From contig CAWFQC010000034.1 in assembly GCA_963817645.1 (NCBI GenBank), forward strand, positions 2,871-66,870: a stretch of DNA of 64,000 nt, in the 5' to 3' direction. Each line of letters starts with the position of its first letter. The stretch's first letter is position 1. Source of the DNA: an uncultured Gammaproteobacteria bacterium. Lineage in GTDB: Bacteria > Pseudomonadota > Gammaproteobacteria > UBA6002. The notes beneath the pieces were generated by a model. It worked only from the letters and a program-made list of their open reading frames with translations, had not been told where the DNA came from and did no database searches. Positions 1-8,384 of this stretch are shown piece after piece. The translations under genes were made by a program, and so were the position numbers.

Positions 1-83
1 TCAATATGGTCTTGTGGCTTTCTATTGCATTTGCAGCCAGCAGTTTTATTACCTCGATGTTTGGTGGTGGTCGTTTTAGCTAA
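1..83 (+). CDS. VirB2/TrbC-like pilin, C-terminal fragment (5' end outside window)
   Basis: Frame open from the window edge to TAA 81-83 encodes the hydrophobic tail NMVLWLSIAFAASSFITSMFGGGRFS. It lies about 10 nt upstream of virB3, the canonical virB2 position. Confidence 0.4.
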   Translation, partial: NMVLWLSIAFAASSFITSMFGGGRFS

Positions 84-92
84 AAGGGTAAA

Positions 93-431
93 TTGATGAG
101 AGGAACAGCCGCACTTTATTTTAAATCGTTAAATAGGCCTTTCAATGTGTTGGGTGTTGATAGACAACTCTTCTTCCTGTTTGTTGGCTTGTCTTTACCT
201 ATCGCCTTTTCAGCACACCTGCTTCCGCTTATGGATGGCGTAGCCTTAGCTGTCTTTATGATTTTGTACGCAATGGGTGTGTTAATAACGCGTGCAGATA
301 ATCAAATGCTTGCGATTTTCAGGCGGCACATCCACTACAAAAAATATTATAGAGGCTCTTCTGGGATCCATTCTAACGTATTACTGGTTAAGCCCAGTGT
401 GCCATTTTATCAAGGTAAGCGATTACTATGA
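93..431 (+). CDS. virB3: VirB3/TrbD-like T4SS inner-membrane protein
   Basis: 112-aa ORF (TTG at 93, more likely ATG at 96). Carries the VirB3-type motif LNRPFNVLGVDRQLFF followed by hydrophobic helices. Its TGA stop (429-431) overlaps the ATG of virB4 (428) as ATGA. Confidence 0.8.
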   Translation: MMRGTAALYFKSLNRPFNVLGVDRQLFFLFVGLSLPIAFSAHLLPLMDGVALAVFMILYAMGVLITRADNQMLAIFRRHIHYKKYYRGSSGIHSNVLLVKPSVPFYQGKRLL

Positions 432-589
432 ATTTGAAAAAACATTTAAGTAACGATCAAGGGTTGTCTGATTTATTGAACTATGCCCATCTCATTGATG
501 AGGGTGTCATCATTAATAAAGACGGTGCTTTCTTAGTCTGCTACAATTCCGTGGCCCTGATATCCATTCTGCAAGTGGCAGTGAATTAG
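428..589 (+). pseudogene. virB4: 5' fragment of virB4, separated from the main ORF by a 1-nt frameshift near 544
   Basis: ATG at 428 gives MNLKKHLSNDQGLSDLLNYAHLIDEGVIINKDGAFLVCY, then runs out of frame to TAG 587-589. The conserved VirB4 continuation QFRGPDIHSASGSELDAMS is readable in the frame of the 595 ORF from nt 544. Confidence 0.7.
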
Positions 590-594
590 ATGCG

Positions 595-2904
595 ATGAGC
601 GTTACTTTCAATCGTATGGTCACTTTTTTAGAAGACGGATGGATGATTCACATTGATGAATTACGCGTACCCTCATTGACTTATCCTGAACAAGGTCACT
701 TTCCTGATAAGGTATCTAGTCTGATAGATGAAGAGCGTCGTCAACTCTATGAGGCAGAGGGCGCGCATTATGAAAATTTTCAGTTCATCACTTTTGTTTG
801 GAAGTTTCCTTTGCCCGTTGTGAAGACCACCCGGCATTGGTTTGTAGAGGGTCTGTCCAAAATTGATGAAGACCAAAATCTGTCAACATTATTAAACTAT
901 TTTGGTGAGATCGTTGAACGATGTGTGGGTCTCCTCAATCCCTACTTTGTGCTAGAAAAACTATCAAGTGCTGATTTGCTCAGTTACCTCAATACGTGCA
1001 TGACAGGTGAGCTGCTCCCTGTTTCAGTGCCACCCCACGGTTCTTTTCTGGATGTGGTTTTAGGTCGGCGTAATGTGATTGGAGGCTATGTACCACAAAT
1101 CGGTAAAAGCCTTATTTATGTTTTATCCGTTGTGGGTTATCTCAATGAAGAAACCATCCCTGGATTACTCGAAGAAATGGGCACCTACCCCTTAGTGTAT
1201 CGCTGGTCAAATCGATTTATTCCCCTTTCGCAAGCTACGGCTGAAAGAGAAATAAGGCGTTATCAAAAAAATTGGAATAATAAGGTCAAGGGCTTGATGG
1301 GTATTGTCAAAGAAGTGATATCGGGCACACCTTCGCATAAGGTGAATTATGATGCTTTAGATATGAGCCAGCAAACGGATGAGGCGTTAACGGCTAATAG
1401 CAATAGCACGACCCGATTTGGTTATTGGACCAGTGAAATTGTGTTGATAAATGAAAACCTGGGCTTATTAGAGCAAGCCACAAAAGCGTTAACCCGTTAT
1501 TTAGAACACGCTGGATTTGCTTGTATTAAAGAAGATGTGAATGCGTTTGATGCTTGGTTAGGCACCCTCCCTGGGCATGGAAGTTGTAATGTGCGCCGTC
1601 TTTTTATCAATTCGATTAATCTGGCGCATGTGTTACCCCTACATACCCTTTGGGCAGGCTCGTCCTTTAGTTCGTCGTCCTCATTATTGCCATCGCATTC
1701 CGCGCCTGTGTTTTATGCCGCCACAACAGGCAAGACACCTTTTCGTTTTCATCTGGATGTAGGAGACGTAGGTCATCAAGTTGTATTAGGACCAACAGGT
1801 GCAGGCAAGTCCACTTATTTAGGGTTTTTAATTGCGCAATTTTTACGCTATGAGCATGCTCAGATTTTTGTTTTCGATAAAGATTATTCACATCAGGCAT
1901 TAACGCTTGCTTTAGAGGGATACCATTATGATATTGGCAAGGGTGAAACACTGGCATTTTGCCCCCTTGCCGATTTATCAACAGACACTCAAAAAGTAAG
2001 GGCAGCGCAATTTATTGAGAATTTGGTTTATTTGCAAAACGTGCCGATTACACCGGCTATTCGAGCCGCCATTTATACAGCCATTGACTCCTTATCACCT
2101 GATAGTCATGCCCAAAGTAGGAACTTAACTGTTTTTCGTTCAGAAGTGCAGCATGAAGGCGTTCGATCAGCTCTTAAGTATTATACCCTGGAAGGTCAGC
2201 TCAAATTACTGGACGCAACGTCCTGTACCCTTCAACTCGGGTATTTGCAAACTTTTGAGATGAACTGGCTCTTATCTCAGAAGCAAGCGGTTTATTTACC
2301 TGTTTTAGGGCATATTTTTGATCAAATAGAATCTCGACTTGATGATGCTCATGGGCAAAGGCCAACACTTATTATTCTTGAAGAGGCCTGGCTTTACATC
2401 TCGCATGAAGTCTTTGCAAAAAAATTAAAAGAGTGGCTCAAGACACTGAGAAAGAAAAATGCACGGGTTGTTTTTGCTACCCAATCGTTGGCTGATCTTT
2501 ATGACCCGAGCACAAAAAGTCTGACATCAACGACCGCAGCTATCATGGAGTCCTGTCCCACTAAAGTCTATCTTCCCAATCCCAGTATGGAAACAGAAAT
2601 GAAAGAACTTTACCGTAAAATGGGATTATCAGATCGCCAATTAGACATTATTTCGGAAGGCTTGCCTAAACGCCATTATTACCTTGTTACGCCAGAGGGA
2701 AACCGTCTTATTGAGTTGGGATTTAATGATGTTAAGCCCATTGCGCTGTCTTTCGTTGGCTTATCCAGAGACAAAAGTCATGCGCTGATTGAATGTCAAT
2801 CTAAATATAAAAATGAATGGGTTTATTACTGGCTTATTCAACAGGGTTTTGATGAATGGGCCGATTTTTGGAAGAAAAATTATTTTGAACAAGGGGTGCA
2901 ATGA
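595..2904 (+). CDS. virB4: VirB4/TrbE-like T4SS ATPase (main ORF; ancestral gene 428-2904)
   Basis: 769-aa ORF with Walker A VLGPTGAGKST and Walker B-like LIILEEAW. Size and position are typical of VirB4. Confidence 0.9.
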   Translation: MSVTFNRMVTFLEDGWMIHIDELRVPSLTYPEQGHFPDKVSSLIDEERRQLYEAEGAHYENFQFITFVWKFPLPVVKTTRHWFVEGLSKIDEDQNLSTLLNYFGEIVERCVGLLNPYFVLEKLSSADLLSYLNTCMTGELLPVSVPPHGSFLDVVLGRRNVIGGYVPQIGKSLIYVLSVVGYLNEETIPGLLEEMGTYPLVYRWSNRFIPLSQATAEREIRRYQKNWNNKVKGLMGIVKEVISGTPSHKVNYDALDMSQQTDEALTANSNSTTRFGYWTSEIVLINENLGLLEQATKALTRYLEHAGFACIKEDVNAFDAWLGTLPGHGSCNVRRLFINSINLAHVLPLHTLWAGSSFSSSSSLLPSHSAPVFYAATTGKTPFRFHLDVGDVGHQVVLGPTGAGKSTYLGFLIAQFLRYEHAQIFVFDKDYSHQALTLALEGYHYDIGKGETLAFCPLADLSTDTQKVRAAQFIENLVYLQNVPITPAIRAAIYTAIDSLSPDSHAQSRNLTVFRSEVQHEGVRSALKYYTLEGQLKLLDATSCTLQLGYLQTFEMNWLLSQKQAVYLPVLGHIFDQIESRLDDAHGQRPTLIILEEAWLYISHEVFAKKLKEWLKTLRKKNARVVFATQSLADLYDPSTKSLTSTTAAIMESCPTKVYLPNPSMETEMKELYRKMGLSDRQLDIISEGLPKRHYYLVTPEGNRLIELGFNDVKPIALSFVGLSRDKSHALIECQSKYKNEWVYYWLIQQGFDEWADFWKKNYFEQGVQ

Positions 2905-2958
2905 TAAATTTAAAGGCGCGAAATACCCAGAGTCAACCAATTCGCCATCAGAAAAGGG

Positions 2959-3633
2959 TTGTTGGCACTATCACTTGCTTTCACGTTGACAGCCCATGCC
3001 GCAATCCCGGTCATTGACTATGCAGCGCTGATACAACTGGGCAATCAATTAATACAATTACAGGAACAAACACGCTGCATACAACAGCAATTACAAAGGT
3101 TAAAGGATAATCAGTATCAATGGAGTAATGCGCAAGAGTTGCTCAATAAATTAGGCTCTATTGTTGATCAAACCAACACCATTGCCTATAGCGCATCAAA
3201 CGTTAATCAGCAGTTTCAACACGCTTATCCTGGTTATCAAGCACCACAGGATTTTAATGCGCATTATAAAAATAATGTCAACCTAGCGCAAAACACATTA
3301 AGGGGTGTGCTTCAAGCCATGGGATCAAGTGCTCAGGATTTTCAAAGAGAAAATAATCACCTGTCTTTTTTACAACGCCAATCACAAAGTGCCCAGGGAC
3401 AAACGCAAGCGATCCAAGCCTCCAGTCAAATTGCCTCTGAGCTCGTCTCTCAGATCCAATTGCTAAGACAAACGGTGATTGCGCAATCAAATGCACAAAC
3501 TGCTTATTACGCTACACAAATTCAAAACGATGCCAGCAGTCAAGCCGAATTAGAAAAAATAATTAATTCGGGATCAACAAACGTGCCAAGTTATGGCACG
3601 TCGGGCCATCCATTAAATTCACCTGATTATTAG
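2959..3633 (+). CDS. VirB5/TrbJ-like periplasmic T4SS component
   Basis: Signal-like LALSLAFTLTAHA followed by AIPVIDYAALIQLGNQLIQLQEQ, a Q-rich coiled-coil typical of TrbJ/VirB5. It sits between virB4 and virB6. The start is uncertain (TTG at 2959, or ATG at 2901 with a frameshift). Confidence 0.55.
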   Translation: MLALSLAFTLTAHAAIPVIDYAALIQLGNQLIQLQEQTRCIQQQLQRLKDNQYQWSNAQELLNKLGSIVDQTNTIAYSASNVNQQFQHAYPGYQAPQDFNAHYKNNVNLAQNTLRGVLQAMGSSAQDFQRENNHLSFLQRQSQSAQGQTQAIQASSQIASELVSQIQLLRQTVIAQSNAQTAYYATQIQNDASSQAELEKIINSGSTNVPSYGTSGHPLNSPDY

Positions 3634-3640
3634 AGGGTTC

Positions 3641-4813
3641 ATGGATATCGTCACGACAGCCGCGCAAAGTTACATGACGACGTTTAGCGGCTATGTCAAT
3701 CAATTCCTAGAATGGGGTCAATGGTTATTCTTTTCATTGCTGGTCATTAATATTGTGTGGATGGCGTTATGGTGTGCTTTTGATCGTCACTCGTTTTCAG
3801 AAAGCATGCCCTCTTTTATTAAGAAATTTTTTGTTATTACTGTTTTTTATACCATCATGATACACCCTGCCTGGTTGAGCGAGATCTTAAAAACAGTTCA
3901 ATTTATGGGAAATACATTAACACAGGCACCCATTGATCCGTCCTCACTGATCTCTGAAGGGATTGGGATAGGCAATAAGATTATGATCCCCATTGAAAAA
4001 TCAAGCCTACTCACCTTAGGGTTTGGATTAATCATTGTCTTGATCGCCTATATTATCATTCTATTTGTTTTTCTCAGTATCGCGCTTGATTTAGCGCTCA
4101 CGTTGATCATTACCACTGCATTAATTAGCGTTGCCACCTTCTTTCTTGGATTTTCAGCATTGGGTGCCACCTCACAAATAGCTCGTCAGACACTGGACGT
4201 TATTTTAGCAAATTGTGTGAAATTACTGGGTATCTACCTGGTTGTGGCAGTTGGCAGCCAAACCATGGTGGCTGCCAGTTCTGCTATTCCCGACCACATG
4301 GCGAGTTTTGATCCTTATGTCTGGATCTTGGCAGTCGCGTTGCTGTTTTGGTTGATTGCAAAAAATCTCCCAAATCAACTTGCCAAGATTGTAACAGGGG
4401 CTTTTCAAGAAACAAGAGGGACAGAGACAGGCGCGCTTGCGATGTCTGCTGCGCGGTATGCACACATTGCTCTGCCTGCTGTGAAAGTCGCATCGAAGAC
4501 GGCTTTTGGGATCGCCAAGATTGCGGGAAGTACAGTCTATAACGCAAGCGCCCACTTCAATAAAGGGGGGTTAGGGGCAGCAGTGGGCGGATCGATAGCG
4601 CATTTAGGTAAAGCAATGGGTGCCAGTGTCTCAGATCATTTTAAGCATATTGCAAGTAAATTGGCAGGTGGGCCTGGACAATCTCGTATCAGTAAAGTCG
4701 CTGAACGGATGTACACGCAGGCCCAAGAGCTTAAGCGCGATACCCTTCAAGAAGGCTCAACAGAATCAACACATAGTGAAAATCCAAGGGGTTCGAGTCG
4801 CCATAAACAATAA
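3641..4813 (+). CDS. virB6: VirB6/TrbL-like polytopic inner-membrane T4SS protein
   Basis: 390 aa with at least 6 hydrophobic helices and a hydrophilic C-terminal tail. Operon position is between the B5-like gene and B8. Confidence 0.7.
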   Translation: MDIVTTAAQSYMTTFSGYVNQFLEWGQWLFFSLLVINIVWMALWCAFDRHSFSESMPSFIKKFFVITVFYTIMIHPAWLSEILKTVQFMGNTLTQAPIDPSSLISEGIGIGNKIMIPIEKSSLLTLGFGLIIVLIAYIIILFVFLSIALDLALTLIITTALISVATFFLGFSALGATSQIARQTLDVILANCVKLLGIYLVVAVGSQTMVAASSAIPDHMASFDPYVWILAVALLFWLIAKNLPNQLAKIVTGAFQETRGTETGALAMSAARYAHIALPAVKVASKTAFGIAKIAGSTVYNASAHFNKGGLGAAVGGSIAHLGKAMGASVSDHFKHIASKLAGGPGQSRISKVAERMYTQAQELKRDTLQEGSTESTHSENPRGSSRHKQ

Positions 4814-4822
4814 GAGAACACG

Positions 4823-5524
4823 ATGAAAAGTAAATTGATAGTTGGCAACAAAATAATGCGCTCTGATTCTCTACAAAACCCCTATGTGAGAGGGGCCGAA
4901 GGGCGAAAAGAATGGAATGATCGCTATGAAAATATGAAAAAATCCACGAGCACTTGGCAAAAAGCTTTCTTTTGTTCGATGGCTATCAGCCTTATTTTCG
5001 CCCTTATTATAGTGAAAATGGCCGGTGAATCGCGTGTGCAGCCCTTCGTCGTAGAAACAAATAAGGGGTTGCCTTATGCCGTTAAACCCCTGGTAGCGAT
5101 GTCTTCACACGATGCGCATTTGGTTAATTTTGCCCTTAATCAATTTATCATGAATGCCAGAACGATCATCAATGATGCACAGGCGCAGAAAACCCTCCTG
5201 AATAAGGTGTATGCCTACTCTGCAAATAATACGATGAGCTTTTTACATGATTATTACCAAAAAAATAATCCATTTGATTTAAGTGAGCACACGACCGTCA
5301 CCGTCAATATCATCAATTCATTACCATTGAGTAAAGACACCTGGCAAATCACCTGGGATGAAACAAAGCAAGGTGCCAACGCCAGTATTTTAGGCGTGAC
5401 GCGCTGGATGGCGAACCTCACCTATAAATTTGGTGAGGTGAATCAGCGGTTTATAACAGATAACCCGTTTGGTTTTTACGTTATCAACGTGTCGTGGTCA
5501 CAGAGTCAAGATTCAAATGGGTAG
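4823..5524 (+). CDS. virB8: VirB8/TrbF-like T4SS protein
   Basis: 233 aa. N-terminal EWNDRYENMKKSTSTWQKAFF precedes a single TM helix and then a periplasmic domain. Size and position are canonical. Confidence 0.75.
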   Translation: MKSKLIVGNKIMRSDSLQNPYVRGAEGRKEWNDRYENMKKSTSTWQKAFFCSMAISLIFALIIVKMAGESRVQPFVVETNKGLPYAVKPLVAMSSHDAHLVNFALNQFIMNARTIINDAQAQKTLLNKVYAYSANNTMSFLHDYYQKNNPFDLSEHTTVTVNIINSLPLSKDTWQITWDETKQGANASILGVTRWMANLTYKFGEVNQRFITDNPFGFYVINVSWSQSQDSNG

Positions 5525-5533
5525 GGGAGTATC

Positions 5534-6418
5534 ATGAAACAAGTTTTAATAGGCAGTATTTTTGTCGCATTACTATCAGGGTGTGCCCAAGCACCCCCAT
5601 CATTTACACGAGCACAGGAGATGCAACGACCACCAGCACAGAGAACACCTTGTCGTTTGACCTATGGCAATGATCCTTCTTTGGAGCGTGCTTTTAATCA
5701 CTATGCAAGAACAGGAAGAGCCCCCAATATTATGACCGATGGATTTATCAAATTTGGTTTTAACGCAGGACAACAACCGATTATTAAAACCATGCCCTTT
5801 CAAGAAACAGTGATCTCGCTGGAACCTGGAGAAAGATTTACCAATATTTCATCTGGTGATCCCAGTCGCTGGGTTTATTCAGTGGCAGTGTCGGGAAGTG
5901 GGGCAAAACTTCAGCAACATGTCTTAGTGAAACCCTCTTTGCCTGATATCAGCACTAACCTGGTGATCACAACGGATAGGCGTCTTTATAACTTAAGGTT
6001 ACTCTCGTCACTGAATGCCGGGTCTTCAAAAAATGTGAGCTTTTGGTATCCTGATGACATGCTAGCGACAATTAAACAAGTTGATGAGGGAAGTCCAGCT
6101 AGTAGCCCCGATGTGAGCCTGAATAATTTGAATTTTAATTACCGTATTTCAGGCCGTTTTTTCTCCCCTCTTCCCACCTGGTCACCCGCACGGGTGTTTG
6201 ATGATGGCACACATACCTATATTCAATTTCCGCAAAAGATTGCAAATCAAGAGTTGCCCGTACTCTTTGTTTCAGATAAAAATACAAAAGAATTAGTGAA
6301 TTATCGCTCTAAACCTCCCTATTTTGTGGTTGACAAACTTTTTAAACAAGCGGTACTTATCATGGGTGTGGGGCATTCTCAAACCTCTGTCACCCTCACC
6401 AATAATCGCTATTTTTAA
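5534..6418 (+). CDS. virB9: VirB9/TrbG-like outer-membrane core protein with a lipoprotein signal
   Basis: 294 aa. Has the lipobox VALLSGC. Size and position between B8 and B10 fit VirB9. Confidence 0.8.
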   Translation: MKQVLIGSIFVALLSGCAQAPPSFTRAQEMQRPPAQRTPCRLTYGNDPSLERAFNHYARTGRAPNIMTDGFIKFGFNAGQQPIIKTMPFQETVISLEPGERFTNISSGDPSRWVYSVAVSGSGAKLQQHVLVKPSLPDISTNLVITTDRRLYNLRLLSSLNAGSSKNVSFWYPDDMLATIKQVDEGSPASSPDVSLNNLNFNYRISGRFFSPLPTWSPARVFDDGTHTYIQFPQKIANQELPVLFVSDKNTKELVNYRSKPPYFVVDKLFKQAVLIMGVGHSQTSVTLTNNRYF

Positions 6419-6430
6419 AGGGTAAAAGGC

Positions 6431-7519
6431 ATGCAAAAAGTATATCCAAAAGTGGTGATTTTAAAAAAGGGGTTAGTTGGCGTTGCACTCTTTGGCATAT
6501 TACTCATTATGATGTTAATCATCCATAATTTATATAAGGCAACGCATCATCAGACAGTAATGAAGCGCCTAGATAGTCACAAAGTAGAAGCGGTTGCAAG
6601 TCAAGCCGATACTCGCTGGTATCAAGATAAAAAAGGTCGAAAAGTGGATATTCCAGCGCAATCCAAAACGCATCTTAAAACTGGCAAGCAAAAAGAAATA
6701 AGGAAGGAAGACCCGCCATCGCAAGAAACCCAAGATCTGCTAAAAGCCATGAGCGCGCCCATTGGGAGTAACCAAATTATTGCAGAAAAAGAGCCACTTT
6801 CTGCCGATACACCCCTTATTTCAAGTGCTTTGCATGACGCAGATCAAAATGGCCAGAGTGAGAAAAAGGCTTTTCTTCAATCAAACAATCAAATGGAGGA
6901 GGATGATCTGGGATCCCTATTGAAAAATCCGATGAGTCCTTATGTACTTCAAGCAGGCACGCTGATTCCTGGGATATTAATCACGGGAATCAACTCTGAT
7001 TTACCTGGTCAGATGCTAGGACAAGTCCGCTCGAATGTGTATGATTCTCCTTCAGGGAAATATTTATTAATCCCCCAGGGCTCAAGATTAATAGGATTAT
7101 ACGATTCCCAAATCGTATATGGCCAAGAGCGTGTGCTCATCGTTTGGAAACGGCTCATTTTCCCAAATGGTCAGAGTATTAATTTACAAGGCATGCCTGG
7201 CATTGATATGAGCGGGTATGCAGGATTTAACGATCAAGTTAACCATCACTATCGAAAAATCGTTGGATCAGTCATTTTAATGAGTATGCTAGGGGCAGGG
7301 GCGCAGCTTTCAGCGCCTCAAAATAATAATAACCCGTTTGCCACCCCTACTATAGGGCAAACGGTAGCGCAAAGCGTCGGAAATAATTTAGCAAATACAG
7401 GGGCCATGCTGCTCGCTAAAGATAGCAATAACCAACCCACTTTAGCCATTCGCCCAGGCTATAAATTTAACATCTCTGTGACAAAAGACATGATTTTTCC
7501 AGGTCCTTATCATGATTGA
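6431..7519 (+). CDS. virB10: VirB10/TrbI-like T4SS core protein
   Basis: 362 aa. N-terminal TM helix, a charged and Pro-containing linker, and a C-terminal TrbI-type block GTLIPGILITGINSDLPGQMLGQVRSNVYD...GQERVLIVW. Confidence 0.85.
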   Translation: MQKVYPKVVILKKGLVGVALFGILLIMMLIIHNLYKATHHQTVMKRLDSHKVEAVASQADTRWYQDKKGRKVDIPAQSKTHLKTGKQKEIRKEDPPSQETQDLLKAMSAPIGSNQIIAEKEPLSADTPLISSALHDADQNGQSEKKAFLQSNNQMEEDDLGSLLKNPMSPYVLQAGTLIPGILITGINSDLPGQMLGQVRSNVYDSPSGKYLLIPQGSRLIGLYDSQIVYGQERVLIVWKRLIFPNGQSINLQGMPGIDMSGYAGFNDQVNHHYRKIVGSVILMSMLGAGAQLSAPQNNNNPFATPTIGQTVAQSVGNNLANTGAMLLAKDSNNQPTLAIRPGYKFNISVTKDMIFPGPYHD

Positions 7520-7535
7520 GGGGAGGGCATGGTAA

Positions 7536-8384
7536 TTGAGAGGGCAGATGATTTTCATGCTAGGAATAGTAATACTATCTGGGTGCAAACAGTCCTCACC
7601 TTTGAAAAGCGAGCCGCCTATTTTGCCACAAAATAAGGTAGCTATTCATGCCAAACCTGTTAGTCAAATAAGAATTAAACGAGCAACGCAGCTCTTTGCG
7701 AAAACTATTCGCCCCATTCAACCAGCCTTTACATACACCCGCTGTGTTGGCACGCTAGACCATCCTACTATCAATGGCGGTATTATCAATTCATCAGAGG
7801 GAGTAGATCTTAATGAGCCTTCAAAAAGCCAAGGAATATCTCAACAAAAGGCGAAGTCAGTGTTAGTGAGTTCAAATGGCCCTCCCCAAAAATCTTTTAA
7901 TGATGAGTGGGCAACCAATGATCAAGTGAAAAAGCTCCTTCTCGCAGCAAGTCGCCACGGTAAATTGGATTATGTGCTTCAAAAAACGGACCAAATGAAA
8001 TTACCCGCCAGTGTCGCCGTCGTGCCGATGATAGAAAGCAATTATGACAAAAATGCCATATCGCCAAAAGGTGCGGTAGGTGCATGGCAATTAATGCCTT
8101 CTACTGCAAAAGAGTATGGCATTCAGGATCAAGATCGGTTTCAATTTACGACATCAACAGATACAGCGCTCACCTTGCTAAATGATTTACACCAGCAATT
8201 TGACAATTGGGAATTGGCGTTTGCTGCCTACAATGCAGGAAGTAAACGTGTAAGTGATGCGATACAAAAAAATCCCTTTGCCACATCAATTGATGAGCTT
8301 GCGCTTCCTCATGAAACTAAACGGTATGTTGAGCGTATCAGGGAAGTGAATAAAAAAATACGAGAGTTAGCGCCTGATGTTTAA
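7536..8384 (+). CDS. SLT-domain lytic transglycosylase (VirB1-like), probable lipoprotein
   Basis: SLT motifs ESNYDKNAISPKGAVGAWQLMPSTAKEYG and AYNAG. Lipobox ILSGC. The likely true start is ATG at 7548 (MIFMLGIVILSGC), in frame with the TTG at 7536. Confidence 0.8.
   Translation: MRGQMIFMLGIVILSGCKQSSPLKSEPPILPQNKVAIHAKPVSQIRIKRATQLFAKTIRPIQPAFTYTRCVGTLDHPTINGGIINSSEGVDLNEPSKSQGISQQKAKSVLVSSNGPPQKSFNDEWATNDQVKKLLLAASRHGKLDYVLQKTDQMKLPASVAVVPMIESNYDKNAISPKGAVGAWQLMPSTAKEYGIQDQDRFQFTTSTDTALTLLNDLHQQFDNWELAFAAYNAGSKRVSDAIQKNPFATSIDELALPHETKRYVERIREVNKKIRELAPDV

Noticed and set aside
673..4826. Short ORFs antisense to or overlapping the T4SS genes (673-876, 1577-1762, 1667-1981, 2789-2989, 3278-3496, 4223-4555, 4284-4547, 4348-4542, 4620-4826)
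   Set aside because: Each is fully embedded in a long ORF with clear VirB-family motifs. They have no motifs of their own and are typical shadow ORFs.
7519..8377. Apparent loss of virB11 from the T4SS operon
   Set aside because: The gene order B2-B3-B4-J-L(B6)-F(B8)-G(B9)-I(B10) is that of Trb-type operons, where the VirB11 homologue (trbB) lies upstream of trbC/virB2. That position is outside the left edge of this window, so absence cannot be claimed.
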